DNA of 64,000 bases from Dehalococcoidia bacterium (GTDB taxonomy: Bacteria; Chloroflexota; Dehalococcoidia; Lucifugimonadales; UBA3495): contig OY761541.1 of the NCBI GenBank assembly GCA_963664625.1, positions 1,410,204-1,474,203 of the forward strand. The letters are read 5' to 3'. A program made the translations under genes and the position numbers. This document shows, piece after piece, positions 45,914 to 55,193 of the stretch (position 1 is its first letter; every line of letters begins with the position of its first letter). The notes under the pieces are model-generated. The model searched no databases, was not told the DNA's origin, and was given only the letters and a program-made list of their open reading frames with translations.

Positions 45914-47478
45914 TTACAGGGGGATGTTGCCGTGCTTTTTGGCGGGAAGGTTGTCCCGCTTGTTCTGCAGCATCTCCAAGGCCCGCACCACGCGAGAGCG
46001 GGTGTCGGCGGGATCGATAACGTCGTCGACGAACCCCCGGCTGGCGGCGATGTAGGGGTTGGTGAACTTTTCCTGGTATTCGACTACCAGTTCCCGCCTG
46101 GTCTTGTCCGGGTCGTCGGCAGCCGCAATCTCACCACGATAGATGATGTTGACTGCGCCCTCGGCCCCCATAACCGCTATCTCAGCCGATGGCCATACAA
46201 AGTTGACGTCGGCCCGCAGGTGCTTGCTGCTCATGACAATGTAGGCGCCGCCGTAAGCCTTGCGGGTGATGATGCTTATCTTGGGAACAGTGGCCTCGGC
46301 GTAGGCATATATCAGCTTGGCCCCGTGGCGGATGATGCCACCGTACTCCTGGTCCACGCCGGGCATGAACCCCGGAACGTCCACCAAGGTGACCAAGGGA
46401 ATGTTGAAGCAGTCGCAGAACCGGACAAAGCGGGCCGCCTTGGTGGAGGCGTCTATATCCAGCACACCCGCCAGGTAGTCGGGTTGGTTGCCAACGATTC
46501 CCGCCGTCCTGCCGTTAAAGCGGCCAACCCTACTACTATATTGGGAGCGAAGCTTTCGTGGACTTCCATGAACTCTTCGTCATCAACAATACGGTAGATG
46601 ATGTCCCGCATATCGTAGGGACGGTTGGCATCATCGGGCACCAAGTAACGCAACTCGGCGTCAGTGCGGCTCGGCGGGTCGTTGGTGGGCATCGGTGGGG
46701 GGTCGTCCAAGTTGTTGCCCGGCAGGAACCGCAACAGACGGCGAACCTCGGATATGCACTCCTGCTCGGTGCAATATACGAACTGGGCCACTCCGCTGCG
46801 GGAGGCGTGGGACTCAGCGCCGCCCAGTTCCTCGTGGGTAACGTCTTCTCCGGTAACGGCCTTGATCACGTCCGGGCCGGTGATGTACATCTGGCCGGTG
46901 CCGCTGACCATGAATATGAAGTCGGTGATGGCCGGAGAGTAGACCGCGCCGCCGGCGGCCGGCCCGACGATAACCGAGATCTGCGGGATAACCCCGGAGA
47001 ACAGGGTGTTCCGCAGGAATATGTCCCCGTAGGCAGCCAAGCTGGAGGAACCTTCCTGGATCCTTGCGCCGCCGGAATCGTTCAGCCCCACCACGGGGCA
47101 TCCGGTCTTGGCGGCCAAGTCCATCATTTTGCAGATTTTGGCGCTCACCGCTTCGGACAGGGAGCCGCCCAATACGGTGAAGTCCTGGGCATAGGCAAAC
47201 ACCTGCCGGCCATTGACGCGGCCGTAGCCGGTGACCACCGCGTCCCCCAGGAACTTGCGGTCGGCAAGGCCGAAATCGGTTGCCCGGTGGGTCACAAAAG
47301 TGTCCAGCTCTTCGTAAGCGCCGTCGTCCATCAACAAGGCAAGCCGCTCCCGAGCAGTCAGCTTGCCCCGATTGTGCTGCTGATCGATGCGGGCCTCGCC
47401 GCCACCCTTACGCGCTTCGGCGCGCATCTGTTGCAGGGTGTCCAGCTTTACGTCGATGGAACGTCTTTCTACCGCCAA
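45914..47478 (-). pseudogene. acyl-CoA (propionyl/methylmalonyl) carboxyltransferase beta subunit, frameshifted
   Basis: The N-terminal ORF 46453-47478 and C-terminal ORF 45914-46465 are colinear with PccB-type enzymes. The frames meet at ...NIVVG / (F/L)(G/A)[26 protein letters not shown], which implies a 1-nt loss near 46521-46530. A sequencing error cannot be excluded. Confidence 0.7.
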
Positions 47479-47608
47479 AGCACCTCTCGCGGTCTATAAC
47501 CGGCGCGGAATCACGCATCATCCTAGCAGACCACTATAGGCGGCGCAAGGAGAACGGCGGAGGGGCTCACTGTTCCGTTTGTTGGTCTGTACAGCGGCGC
47601 CGGTGCGG

Positions 47609-47634
47609 TGGATTCCCGCCTTCGCGGGAATGAC
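47609..47634 (-). repeat. REP-A copy (reverse orientation)
   Basis: tggattcccgccttcgcgggaatgac. Confidence 0.9.
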
Positions 47635-47670
47635 GGATCGGCGCGCCCGTTCCTTGGTCGAGCCGGACTT

Positions 47671-47696
47671 GCTTCCCCGCCTTCGCGGGGAAGACG
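47671..47696 (-). repeat. REP-A copy, degenerate (reverse orientation)
   Basis: gcttccccgccttcgcggggaagacg. Confidence 0.6.
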
Positions 47697-47755
47697 TTCC
47701 TGCGCCAGTTCTCCCGTTCGGCCCGGTTTTCTGTGGAGGCTGCGTTTCCGGCGGT

Positions 47756-47780
47756 GGGGAAAGGACTTAAGAGCAACAGG
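47756..47780. repeat. left arm of a 25-bp inverted repeat
   Basis: ggggaaaggacttaagagcaacagg. Its reverse complement at 48286-48310 differs at one position. Confidence 0.85.
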
Positions 47781-48120
47781 CGGCCAAACGCCAAGGTCAC
47801 GACCGCTTCTATGACCTGATGACCCTCATCTTGCGCCTACGCCTTCGCCAGCTATCCGTCCGCCCAAGCTTTCAAAGCCTTGTGACCGGTCGACGCCGTC
47901 CGCATCCATGGCGGCGGCGCAGCGGTCCTCCGCTGGTCCCTTAGCCAACTGCCGGGAAGTTTGCCCCCGCACCAGAAAGTCTCAGGGGCGCGTTGACGCA
48001 AGGAAATTTCTCTCGCGGGAGATCTCATCGCTTGCCTGAAAGCAGGCGGAATGGTAAACGCTATAACGGGCCAGCGGTTACTCAAGAACCGTATGGCCGC
48101 CGAGGGCAGCCAATAGGTTT

Positions 48121-48147
48121 CACATAGGCATTCGCCGGTTGCACCTA
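48121..48147 (-). repeat. REP-B partial copy
   Basis: cacataggcattcgccggttgcacctac matches the right half of 20774-20859. Confidence 0.6.
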
Positions 48148-48285
48148 CAAGGCCCGTTGTTAAGACTACTCAGCCCAAGGCGCCGCCGGAGTCAAGTCCG
48201 GGACGTCGGGCATGAGCGGCGATCTCAGCGCCGCAACACCGCAAGCAGGCACGGAAAGCCTGCCGGGCGATACCGCTTGGTTACA

Positions 48286-48310
48286 CCTGTTGCTCTTAAG
48301 CCCTTTCCCC
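48286..48310. repeat. right arm of the 25-bp inverted repeat
   Basis: cctgttgctcttaagccctttcccc. Confidence 0.85.
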
Positions 48311-48316
48311 GATGAT

Positions 48317-48341
48317 GGGCAACCACAAGGGTTGCCCCTAC
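48317..48341 (-). repeat. REP-B partial copy
   Basis: gggcaaccacaagggttgcccctac matches the right half of 29371-29440. Confidence 0.7.
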
Positions 48342-48572
48342 GTGGTGTCCCTCTTCAATGGAGAGGGGAAATATACAGTTTGTTGCCTCCTTTGGTGGGT
48401 TCGAGGCGGGCTGGCTGCAGTCCGGGCCCGCTTGTTGCTCGTCCTACCCTACCTGGGTGTAATACGAGGTGTCAACGAGGAAATGTCAGTGGCAGGGAAA
48501 GGCTGCGTTTGTGCAGGATAAACCGGAAAACTGGTATACTCAGAACAAATCCTCAGGAGCCAGCCAAGCAAC

Positions 48573-49292
48573 GTGAGCACCAACGCCGGACCTCACCCCA
48601 ACACTGTAATTGCCCGCATCATAGAAGAGTTGAACGCCAACCCGGAGCTGAAGCCCCTCCTGCTCCGAGTAATGCTGACTGAGGAATTTCTGTTGCTACC
48701 CGCCAAGGTCGACCGGCTGGCCGAGTTGTACAGCGAACTAGCCGGCACGGTCAACGGGCTAGTATCCACGGTCAACAAACTGGCCGACACAGTAAGCGAA
48801 CTAGCCGCCAAAGTTAACATCTTGGAAGTCAGGGTCAACCGGGTGGAGGGACAACTTGGAAACCTGCTGGGCGAGAAGTACGAGCGCCGCATTGCCCGCT
48901 CCATTCGCAGCAAGGCCCACTCGGAGCTAGGCATCCGGCGGGCCCAAGTGCTGCAGGGCGAGACCACCACCGATTACGAGTCCTTGCTCGACGCCATTCT
49001 GGAAGCGAAATCCGCCGGGGTCGTTACACCTGAAGAGACAGATTCCCTGGAACGGGCGGACTATGTACTCTACGGCACAGACCTGACCAACGGACTGCCG
49101 CGAGCGGCAGTGGTGGAGGTGTCCATCACCATAGACCGACACGACGTAGACCGGGCCGCAGAGCGGGCCGGCACCCTGGGGCGGGTGATGGACTGCCCCT
49201 CGGCTGCGGCCGTAGTCGGAAACGACATCAGCGAATTCGACCGCCGGCGGGCGGAGGCCGTCGGCGTCAAGGTATTGATTATCGCCGAGTAA
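48573..49292 (+). CDS. coiled-coil protein with C-terminal nuclease-like domain (paralogue of 34703-35416)
   Basis: See 34703-35416. GTG start. Heptad-like LAELYSELAGTVNGLVSTVNKLADTVSELAAKVNILEVRVNRVEGQL. Confidence 0.55.
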   Translation: MSTNAGPHPNTVIARIIEELNANPELKPLLLRVMLTEEFLLLPAKVDRLAELYSELAGTVNGLVSTVNKLADTVSELAAKVNILEVRVNRVEGQLGNLLGEKYERRIARSIRSKAHSELGIRRAQVLQGETTTDYESLLDAILEAKSAGVVTPEETDSLERADYVLYGTDLTNGLPRAAVVEVSITIDRHDVDRAAERAGTLGRVMDCPSAAAVVGNDISEFDRRRAEAVGVKVLIIAE

Positions 49293-49415
49293 TCCGCTCG
49301 GTCCGTTAGTCTGAATCAGAACGGGACCGATTCATCCTGAAAGTGGGCTAAGTATGCAGTGGACACACAGACATAGTCCTCAGACCAGGCTGTGCTGATT
49401 GATCTTCACGAACAT

Positions 49416-50636
49416 CTACTCGTTGGGCGATGACCCCTGCCTTAGAAGGATGCCGGCGGTGGTGAGGGACAAGGGGGTGGCGCTGACGATCAACAGGGCC
49501 AGCCTCAAGTCTCCGAAGTGTTCCTGGAGGAGTCCGGTAGCCAAGGGGCCAAGGGTGGAGCCCAGCGAAACCATCATGGCGATGAATCCCACGGCCACGG
49601 CGACCTCGCGGGGCCTGATTCCCTGCAGGTGGAAGGGCACCGTGTAGAGAATGGGCCAGAAGCCCCATGCGACCCCGTTGAGAAAGTTCAGCAAGAGCAA
49701 CAGGGGCACCGAACCGGTGAGAGGCATGGCGGCAAAGGTGTAGGCCATCAACGCTCCCAGTAACCCCAAAATCACCTTGTCCTGCCGGGTCAGGGTGGCC
49801 AGATACCCGACTCCCAAGCCGCTTACTCCCCCCATCACGATTCCCAACGCAAGCAGGCTGCCGGACCAGCGCAACGGGATGCGGTAGCTTTCCAGCGCCA
49901 TGGTTGGGAAAAATGAGATAAAGGCGAAGAACGCCAGGGTCGCGCCCAGGAAGCCGAAGCCGGTTATCCACAGGTCGCGGTAGCCGAAGGCCCTGCGGAT
50001 GATGTCTATGTCTAGGCCTTCGGAGCGCGGGCTCGCCGCGCGGTCCGAATTCTCCCGGCCTAATACGATCCACAGGACGGTCTCCACCGCCAAGAGGCCG
50101 CCGAAGACCCCCAGCGTCATGCGCCAATCGTTCCCAAGGCTGCTGAGGATGAACGGCGACGTCGCCACCCCTCCGCCAACCACCAATCCAAACATGGTGT
50201 TGCCCACCGCATTGACCCTGACAAATTCACGGGGAGGAAACCACTGCTGCATCAGGATGGCTTGGGCCGGCTGGCGGGCGATCACCGAGAAACCGAAGGC
50301 CAATCTGCCAAAAAGCAACAGGGCAAACACCGGGGCAGAGGCTTGAACAAAGATGAAGACGGTGGAGAAGACCATCGTCACCGAGGTCAACGCCTTGGGG
50401 CTGAACCGGGAGAACAACCAACTGAGGGGCACCGCCAACGTCAGGTTGCCCCAGAACGCCGCAGACCCAAGCACACCCTGTTGGGTAGGGGAGATGCCCA
50501 GTTCCGCGGTTATCTCAGGAAGCAGTATCCCGAAGGTGGACACAACCATGAAGCCTGAGACGCTGGAGACCATCCATATCACCATGACCACCCAGCGGTA
50601 GGACGAAAACTGTCCCCTGCTCTCCGCAACTTCCAC
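49416..50636 (-). CDS. MFS transporter
   Basis: 406 aa with about 12 hydrophobic helices in a two-halves organisation. Confidence 0.75.
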   Translation of the reverse strand: MEVAESRGQFSSYRWVVMVIWMVSSVSGFMVVSTFGILLPEITAELGISPTQQGVLGSAAFWGNLTLAVPLSWLFSRFSPKALTSVTMVFSTVFIFVQASAPVFALLLFGRLAFGFSVIARQPAQAILMQQWFPPREFVRVNAVGNTMFGLVVGGGVATSPFILSSLGNDWRMTLGVFGGLLAVETVLWIVLGRENSDRAASPRSEGLDIDIIRRAFGYRDLWITGFGFLGATLAFFAFISFFPTMALESYRIPLRWSGSLLALGIVMGGVSGLGVGYLATLTRQDKVILGLLGALMAYTFAAMPLTGSVPLLLLLNFLNGVAWGFWPILYTVPFHLQGIRPREVAVAVGFIAMMVSLGSTLGPLATGLLQEHFGDLRLALLIVSATPLSLTTAGILLRQGSSPNE

Positions 50637-50911
50637 TAAACAGGTCCCCCACCCATAAGCTCGCCGGTCTGGGCGCCGGCGTTATAGCTGCCCCGCTCCC
50701 AAGAGGTCTTTTCAAACGACTCGATGGATTCCGGCCAACTGGCAGTGTAGAAGTCCGACAATATACCGTCAATCGACTCGTGCTGTGGAGAGCCTTCCCG
50801 ATAATGTAATATACAGAGCGACTATCGCGGCGCGACAGCGCGAGGATGGCGCTGAATAGAACGGCGTTGCTCCAATGAACGCCGGGGACGCTGGTACATT
50901 TTTGACGAAGG

Positions 50912-51919
50912 ATGCGAATAGCTATGGAATATCGGCCAATGGGGCGGACCGGGATGAATGTCTCTGAAATCGGTTTCGGATGCGGCAACGTGGGCGGCCT
51001 GCTGATACGGGGGAGCCACGAGGAACAGGTGCAGGCGGTCGCCAGGGCCATGGAACTGGGAATCAACTACTTCGACACGGCCATGTCCTACGGCAACGGC
51101 CAGTCGGAGACCAACCTGGGCAGGGTGCTGAGGGAGCTTGACGCGCCGGTGTACGTGGGCACCAAGTACCGGCTGTTCGCCGATGACGGGTCGGACATCA
51201 AGGGCGGCGTGATACGGTCGGTGGAGGCCAGCCTGAGCAGGATGGGTCGGGAGAACGTGGACCTCATCCAGCTTCACAACCGGGTGGGCGCCGAGCGAGA
51301 CCTGAGCCGAGACGCACTATCGGTGGAAGACATACTGGGAGAAGTGAACGAGGCAGTGGAGAGCCTGCGGTCCCAAGGCAAGATCACTCACTGGGGATTG
51401 ACCGGGGTGGGGGAGACTCCCGCATTGCATCGCATAGCGGACTCGGGCTCGATGCAGACGGTCCAGACGGTCTACAACCTGCTGAATCCCAGCGCCGCCG
51501 CCGAAGTGGGCCCCGACTTCGACATGCCCAACTACGACAAGCTTATCGACAGGGCCGCCGCATCAAATATGGGAGTAATCGGCATCAGGGTGTTGGCGGC
51601 GGGGGCGCTTGCCGGCTTCCAGGAGAGGCATCCGATGGCGGCGCCGTCGGTGGGTCCCATCGGCTCGGGCAGAGACTACGACCAAGACTTGGGCCGGTCG
51701 GCTGACTTCAGGTTCCTGGTGGACGAGGGTTACGCGGACGATTTGGTGGAGGCGTCGTTGAGGTTCGTGCTGAGTAACCCGTCGGTTTCAACGGCGCTGG
51801 TTGGATATTCGAGCCTGGACCACTTGGAGCAGGCGGTGAAATGCGCCGCCAAGGGCCCGTTGCCTGCCGAGGCTCTGGCCAAGCTGCCGGCAGTCTGGGG
51901 GCGGTACACCGGGAGTTAA
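50912..51919 (+). CDS. aldo/keto reductase
   Basis: MEYRPMGRTGMNVSEIGFGCG...GINYFDTAMSYGNGQSE is the AKR pattern. The start may be ATG 50924. Confidence 0.85.
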   Translation: MRIAMEYRPMGRTGMNVSEIGFGCGNVGGLLIRGSHEEQVQAVARAMELGINYFDTAMSYGNGQSETNLGRVLRELDAPVYVGTKYRLFADDGSDIKGGVIRSVEASLSRMGRENVDLIQLHNRVGAERDLSRDALSVEDILGEVNEAVESLRSQGKITHWGLTGVGETPALHRIADSGSMQTVQTVYNLLNPSAAAEVGPDFDMPNYDKLIDRAAASNMGVIGIRVLAAGALAGFQERHPMAAPSVGPIGSGRDYDQDLGRSADFRFLVDEGYADDLVEASLRFVLSNPSVSTALVGYSSLDHLEQAVKCAAKGPLPAEALAKLPAVWGRYTGS

Positions 51920-52010
51920 ACGTCCCCTTGAGCTGAAACCATTGCCAACATGCGGCTCTCAGGAGAGCGCTTGATAATATATAATTGCCCAATTGCTCAG
52001 GGGGTATAGG

Positions 52011-52649
52011 ATGGCAACGGAACCCGAAACGATAGCCCGGGTGCTGGGACAACTGGAAGGGCGGATAACCGAACTCTCGGCATCCATACAGGAAGTGAAC
52101 CGACGTATGGACGCGGGGTTTCAGGCATTCCGGCAGGAGCTTCAGGAAATCAACCACCGAATGGATGAAAGGTTTCAGGAAGTCAACCACCGAATGGACG
52201 AAAGGTTTCAGGAAGTCGACCACCGGATGGACGCGGGGTTTCAGGCATTCCGGCAGGAGCTTCAGGAAGTCAATCACCGGATGGACGAAAGGTTTCAGGA
52301 AATCAACCACCGAATGGACGAAAGGTTTCAGGAAGTCAACCGCCGGATGGAAGCGGGGTTTCAGGAAATCAACCATCGAATGGACGAAAGGTTTCAGGAA
52401 GTCAACCGCCGGATGGAAGCGGGGTTTCAGGCATTCCGGAAGGAGCTTCAGGAAGTCAACCACCGGATAGACGCGGGGTTTCTGGCATTCTGGCAGGAGC
52501 TTCAGGAAATTAACCGCCGGATGGACGCAAAGTTTCAGGAAGTCAACCGCCACATTGACCGGATGCTTCTGGCACTGCTGGTTATCGGCGGCGGCTTGAT
52601 AATCGCCCAAACCGGACTACTGGCCACACTGATAATCCGAGGTGGGTAG
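52011..52649 (+). CDS. tail-anchored coiled-coil protein built from 11-residue repeats
   Basis: About 14 copies of FQE(V/I)N(H/R)RMD(E/A)(R/G), with occasional 8-residue FQAFRQEL inserts, then a C-terminal TM helix LLALLVIGGGLIIAQTGLLATLII. The 300-aa ORF on the opposite strand is a shadow of the repeats. Confidence 0.65.
   Translation: MATEPETIARVLGQLEGRITELSASIQEVNRRMDAGFQAFRQELQEINHRMDERFQEVNHRMDERFQEVDHRMDAGFQAFRQELQEVNHRMDERFQEINHRMDERFQEVNRRMEAGFQEINHRMDERFQEVNRRMEAGFQAFRKELQEVNHRIDAGFLAFWQELQEINRRMDAKFQEVNRHIDRMLLALLVIGGGLIIAQTGLLATLIIRGG
52089..52560 (+). repeat. 33-bp coding tandem repeat array
   Basis: Units such as caccgaatggacgaaaggtttcaggaagtcaac are repeated with minor variation. 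There are no spacers and the array is in frame. Confidence 0.9.
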
Positions 52650-52664
52650 CGGAGGCATTAAATC

Positions 52665-53267
52665 ATGGCTGCAAGTGAACAAGTGACCATACCCGCGAGA
52701 AAAGGGACGGCCTGCTTTGTCGCCAAGGGCCGGCAGTTCAAAGTCATCAACACCCACGGCCAGCAGGTGGTGGATACTTGGGCGTTCAACCGCGACGACT
52801 TGAGAGAGTTCATGTCGATGGAGCATTGCCGGACGGCGATAGACGGCATTCTGCCGCGGGCGGGCCACACGATGGTGACCAACAAGAGGCGTCCGATACT
52901 GCACTTCGTGGAAGACACATCAGGCGGGCTGCACGACACGTTGATGTCGGCCTGCGACCGGTACCGCTACGAGTTGCTGGGGTGCGAGGGCTACCACGAC
53001 AACTGCACCGACAATCTGGCGGCGGCGCTGGCCGAGTTGGGCCTTACGCCGCCGGAGACTCCCAGCCCTTGGAACCTGTTTATGAACATACCGGTGCAGC
53101 CCAACGGCAGCCTGACCTTCGAGCCGCCGGTGTGTCAGCCTGGCAACTACGTGCTTTTGAGGGCGGAGATAGACTGCATTGTGGCCTTTTCGTCCTGCCC
53201 GCAGGACGTGGTGCCGGTCAACGGCGCAGACCTCCAGCCAACCGACGCCCACTACCAGTTGTTGTAG
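52665..53267 (+). CDS. DUF1989 (urea carboxylase-associated) family protein
   Basis: IPARKGTACFVAKGRQFKVINTHGQQVVDTWAF...HDTLMSACD is the DUF1989 pattern. Confidence 0.7.
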   Translation: MAASEQVTIPARKGTACFVAKGRQFKVINTHGQQVVDTWAFNRDDLREFMSMEHCRTAIDGILPRAGHTMVTNKRRPILHFVEDTSGGLHDTLMSACDRYRYELLGCEGYHDNCTDNLAAALAELGLTPPETPSPWNLFMNIPVQPNGSLTFEPPVCQPGNYVLLRAEIDCIVAFSSCPQDVVPVNGADLQPTDAHYQLL

Positions 53268-53291
53268 GGGACGCAATGGACAGGACCTGAC

Positions 53292-54668
53292 ATGGCATTG
53301 GAAGCGCAACCTTCACAAATGCTGCTGACGCCAAGTGGCGCGAACGGGCATTTTGGCGAGGCTGCATCAGCAAACAATAAGTCACTGTCAATTCATCGCT
53401 GGGCCAACTGGATAGCCGGTTTTTCCGGAGAGTTCGCCCGCAGCGCCATTACGCAGTATCTCCCTTTTCCACGTCGAGACTGCGTCGTCATGGACCCGTT
53501 CGCCGGGGTGGGGACTACGCTGGTCGAAGCCAACCGGTTGGGGTTGGACTCCATCGGGTTCGAGATAAACCCCTTCGCTCACTTGGTTTCGGACGTCAAG
53601 CTGCGGTCGAAAGACATCCCCCTGGAGAAACTCACGGAAGCCGTAGGCCAATATGAGACTTTCATGGAAGAAGCCGGGCAATCGTCCGAGCGGAGCGGTT
53701 GCATGGAGGATGTACGCCCGGCCCCCCGCCGTTCACCGCCGCCGGGATTCAAGAGCAGGATCCCCTTCTATTCGCCGGCGGTGGAAGAGCGGGTGTTGTT
53801 TACCCTGGACTTCCTGGACAATCTGACCCCGCCGGTGCAGAACATTTTCCGGGTCGCCTTTGCGTCGGTGATGGTGGAGTTCTCCAACTACACTTACGAG
53901 CCGTCCTTGGGGTCGCGGCCCGGCGCAGGCAAGGACCTGGTGATCGATGCCCCGGTGGGCGGCATCGTGGCGGCGAAGCTGCGCCAGATGTTGGAGGACA
54001 TTGCGGAATTTCAAGCGGACGCAGCCCGGCAGCCCAAGAGTCCCCGATGGCAGGTCCACAACTGCTCTTTCTTTGAAGCCGAAAGCCGCGTAGACCCCGG
54101 CACTGTTGACTTGGTAGTGACATCGCCGCCCTACATGAACAACTACCATTACGTCCGCAACAGCCGTCCGCAACTTTTCTGGACAGGGCTGGTTACATCG
54201 CCCGCCGAGTTGAAGAGGCTGGAGCAAGAGAATTTCGGAAAGTTCTGGCAAACGGTAAGGGCTGAAGAGCCTATATCCTTGGTGCCTCATTTGCCTGACC
54301 TTGAGGAACAGTTGGCTGAGATACGGGAAATCAACCTTGCGAAGGGAGTATACGGCGGTAGCGGCTGGGCCAATTACATCTGCACCTATATGAATGACCT
54401 CGACCGTTTCTGTGGGTTGTTGGTCCGGTTGTTACGGCCCGGCGGGACGGCGGTCGTAGTGCTTGGCAACTCCATAGTCCAAGGCAGGGAGATAAAGGTC
54501 GAAGAATATCTATGCGCCATTGCCAAGCTCAACGGCCTTGCGGTGGTAAGAGTCCAGAAGCTGCGGGAACGCACCGGCTCCAGCATAATAAACAGCGGGG
54601 CCAGGCTCCACACGAGAAGCAAGGCCCCGTTGTACGATGCTGCGGTAGTTTTGCGGCGGACAAGTTAG
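53292..54668 (+). CDS. type II DNA (N6-adenine/N4-cytosine) methyltransferase, intact paralogue of 1391-4003
   Basis: MDPFAGVGTT (motif I) and VVTSPPYMNNY (motif IV). Same motif order and similar blocks as the IS-disrupted gene. Confidence 0.8.
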   Translation: MALEAQPSQMLLTPSGANGHFGEAASANNKSLSIHRWANWIAGFSGEFARSAITQYLPFPRRDCVVMDPFAGVGTTLVEANRLGLDSIGFEINPFAHLVSDVKLRSKDIPLEKLTEAVGQYETFMEEAGQSSERSGCMEDVRPAPRRSPPPGFKSRIPFYSPAVEERVLFTLDFLDNLTPPVQNIFRVAFASVMVEFSNYTYEPSLGSRPGAGKDLVIDAPVGGIVAAKLRQMLEDIAEFQADAARQPKSPRWQVHNCSFFEAESRVDPGTVDLVVTSPPYMNNYHYVRNSRPQLFWTGLVTSPAELKRLEQENFGKFWQTVRAEEPISLVPHLPDLEEQLAEIREINLAKGVYGGSGWANYICTYMNDLDRFCGLLVRLLRPGGTAVVVLGNSIVQGREIKVEEYLCAIAKLNGLAVVRVQKLRERTGSSIINSGARLHTRSKAPLYDAAVVLRRTS

Positions 54669-55096
54669 CTTGTCGGCGGGAACCGTCGGTCCCACTCATT
54701 AACGTAATTCGGCATTCCCGGGCGTCCCCTGCCCGGTGCGTGCATACTGAATCCTGGAATTCCGTTCCATTCTGGGTTGAATCTTGCGATCAAGACTTCC
54801 TCCGCTCTGGCTATTTCCCATAGCCTCGGAATCGTCAAAAATCGGCAAGAAACTTCCTCTGGGTCGATGCCTATCCTGTTCTCGATTTTCCGCAAATGAT
54901 CACGTAACCGATTACGCAGATTCCGGGCTTGTCCAACGTAAACGGGTATCCCGTTCCGGTAAATGACATAGACACCGTTGCTGGTAGGAGCCTCAGTTGC
55001 CCTGATGGGATGCTCCGGGCTGTCCGATAGCACGGTGGCTAATTGGTCCTCGTAAGCCCTGTCCACGTCGAAGACAAAATCGTGTTGGTCACACAC
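54665..55096 (-). CDS. Eco29kI-family GIY-YIG restriction endonuclease
   Basis: GVYVIYRNGIPVYVGQA...LRNRLRDH...CRFL...EEVLIARFNPEWNGIPGFSMHAPGRGR...WD parallels the Eco29kI/Cfr42I motifs (YVGKA, CRF, PLWN, GFGNHxPGxGR). Convergent with the methyltransferase, with a 4-nt overlap. Confidence 0.75.
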   Translation of the reverse strand: MCDQHDFVFDVDRAYEDQLATVLSDSPEHPIRATEAPTSNGVYVIYRNGIPVYVGQARNLRNRLRDHLRKIENRIGIDPEEVSCRFLTIPRLWEIARAEEVLIARFNPEWNGIPGFSMHAPGRGRPGMPNYVNEWDRRFPPTS

Positions 55097-55193
55097 GGCT
55101 GGGCCTTTACTTATTCAGTGTCTAAATCATAGCCGCCGGCGATGTTACCGGCGGCCTTTTCGCGTTCGGAATAAAGAGGCTTGCCAGATTACG

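Noticed and set aside
48086-48120. GAACCGUAUGGC...GCCAAUAGGUUUC, which resembles the 5' half of a group II intron domain V (GAGCCGUAUG).
   Set aside because: The 3' strand does not pair (AAUA opposite GUAU). There is no AGC triad context, no RT ORF and no other intron domains. I treat it as chance or extreme decay.
48189-48206. GGAGUCAAGUCCGGGAC, which is similar to the RNase P RNA P4 strand (GAGGAAAGUCCGGGC).
   Set aside because: None of the other universally conserved RNase P blocks (for example ACAGAACCCGGCUUA or GGUAAACUCCACCC) are present nearby on either strand.
52089-52560. Regular 33-bp repeats that could look like a CRISPR array.
   Set aside because: The units are contiguous with no spacers, are in frame within a coding sequence, and encode an 11-residue coiled-coil repeat.
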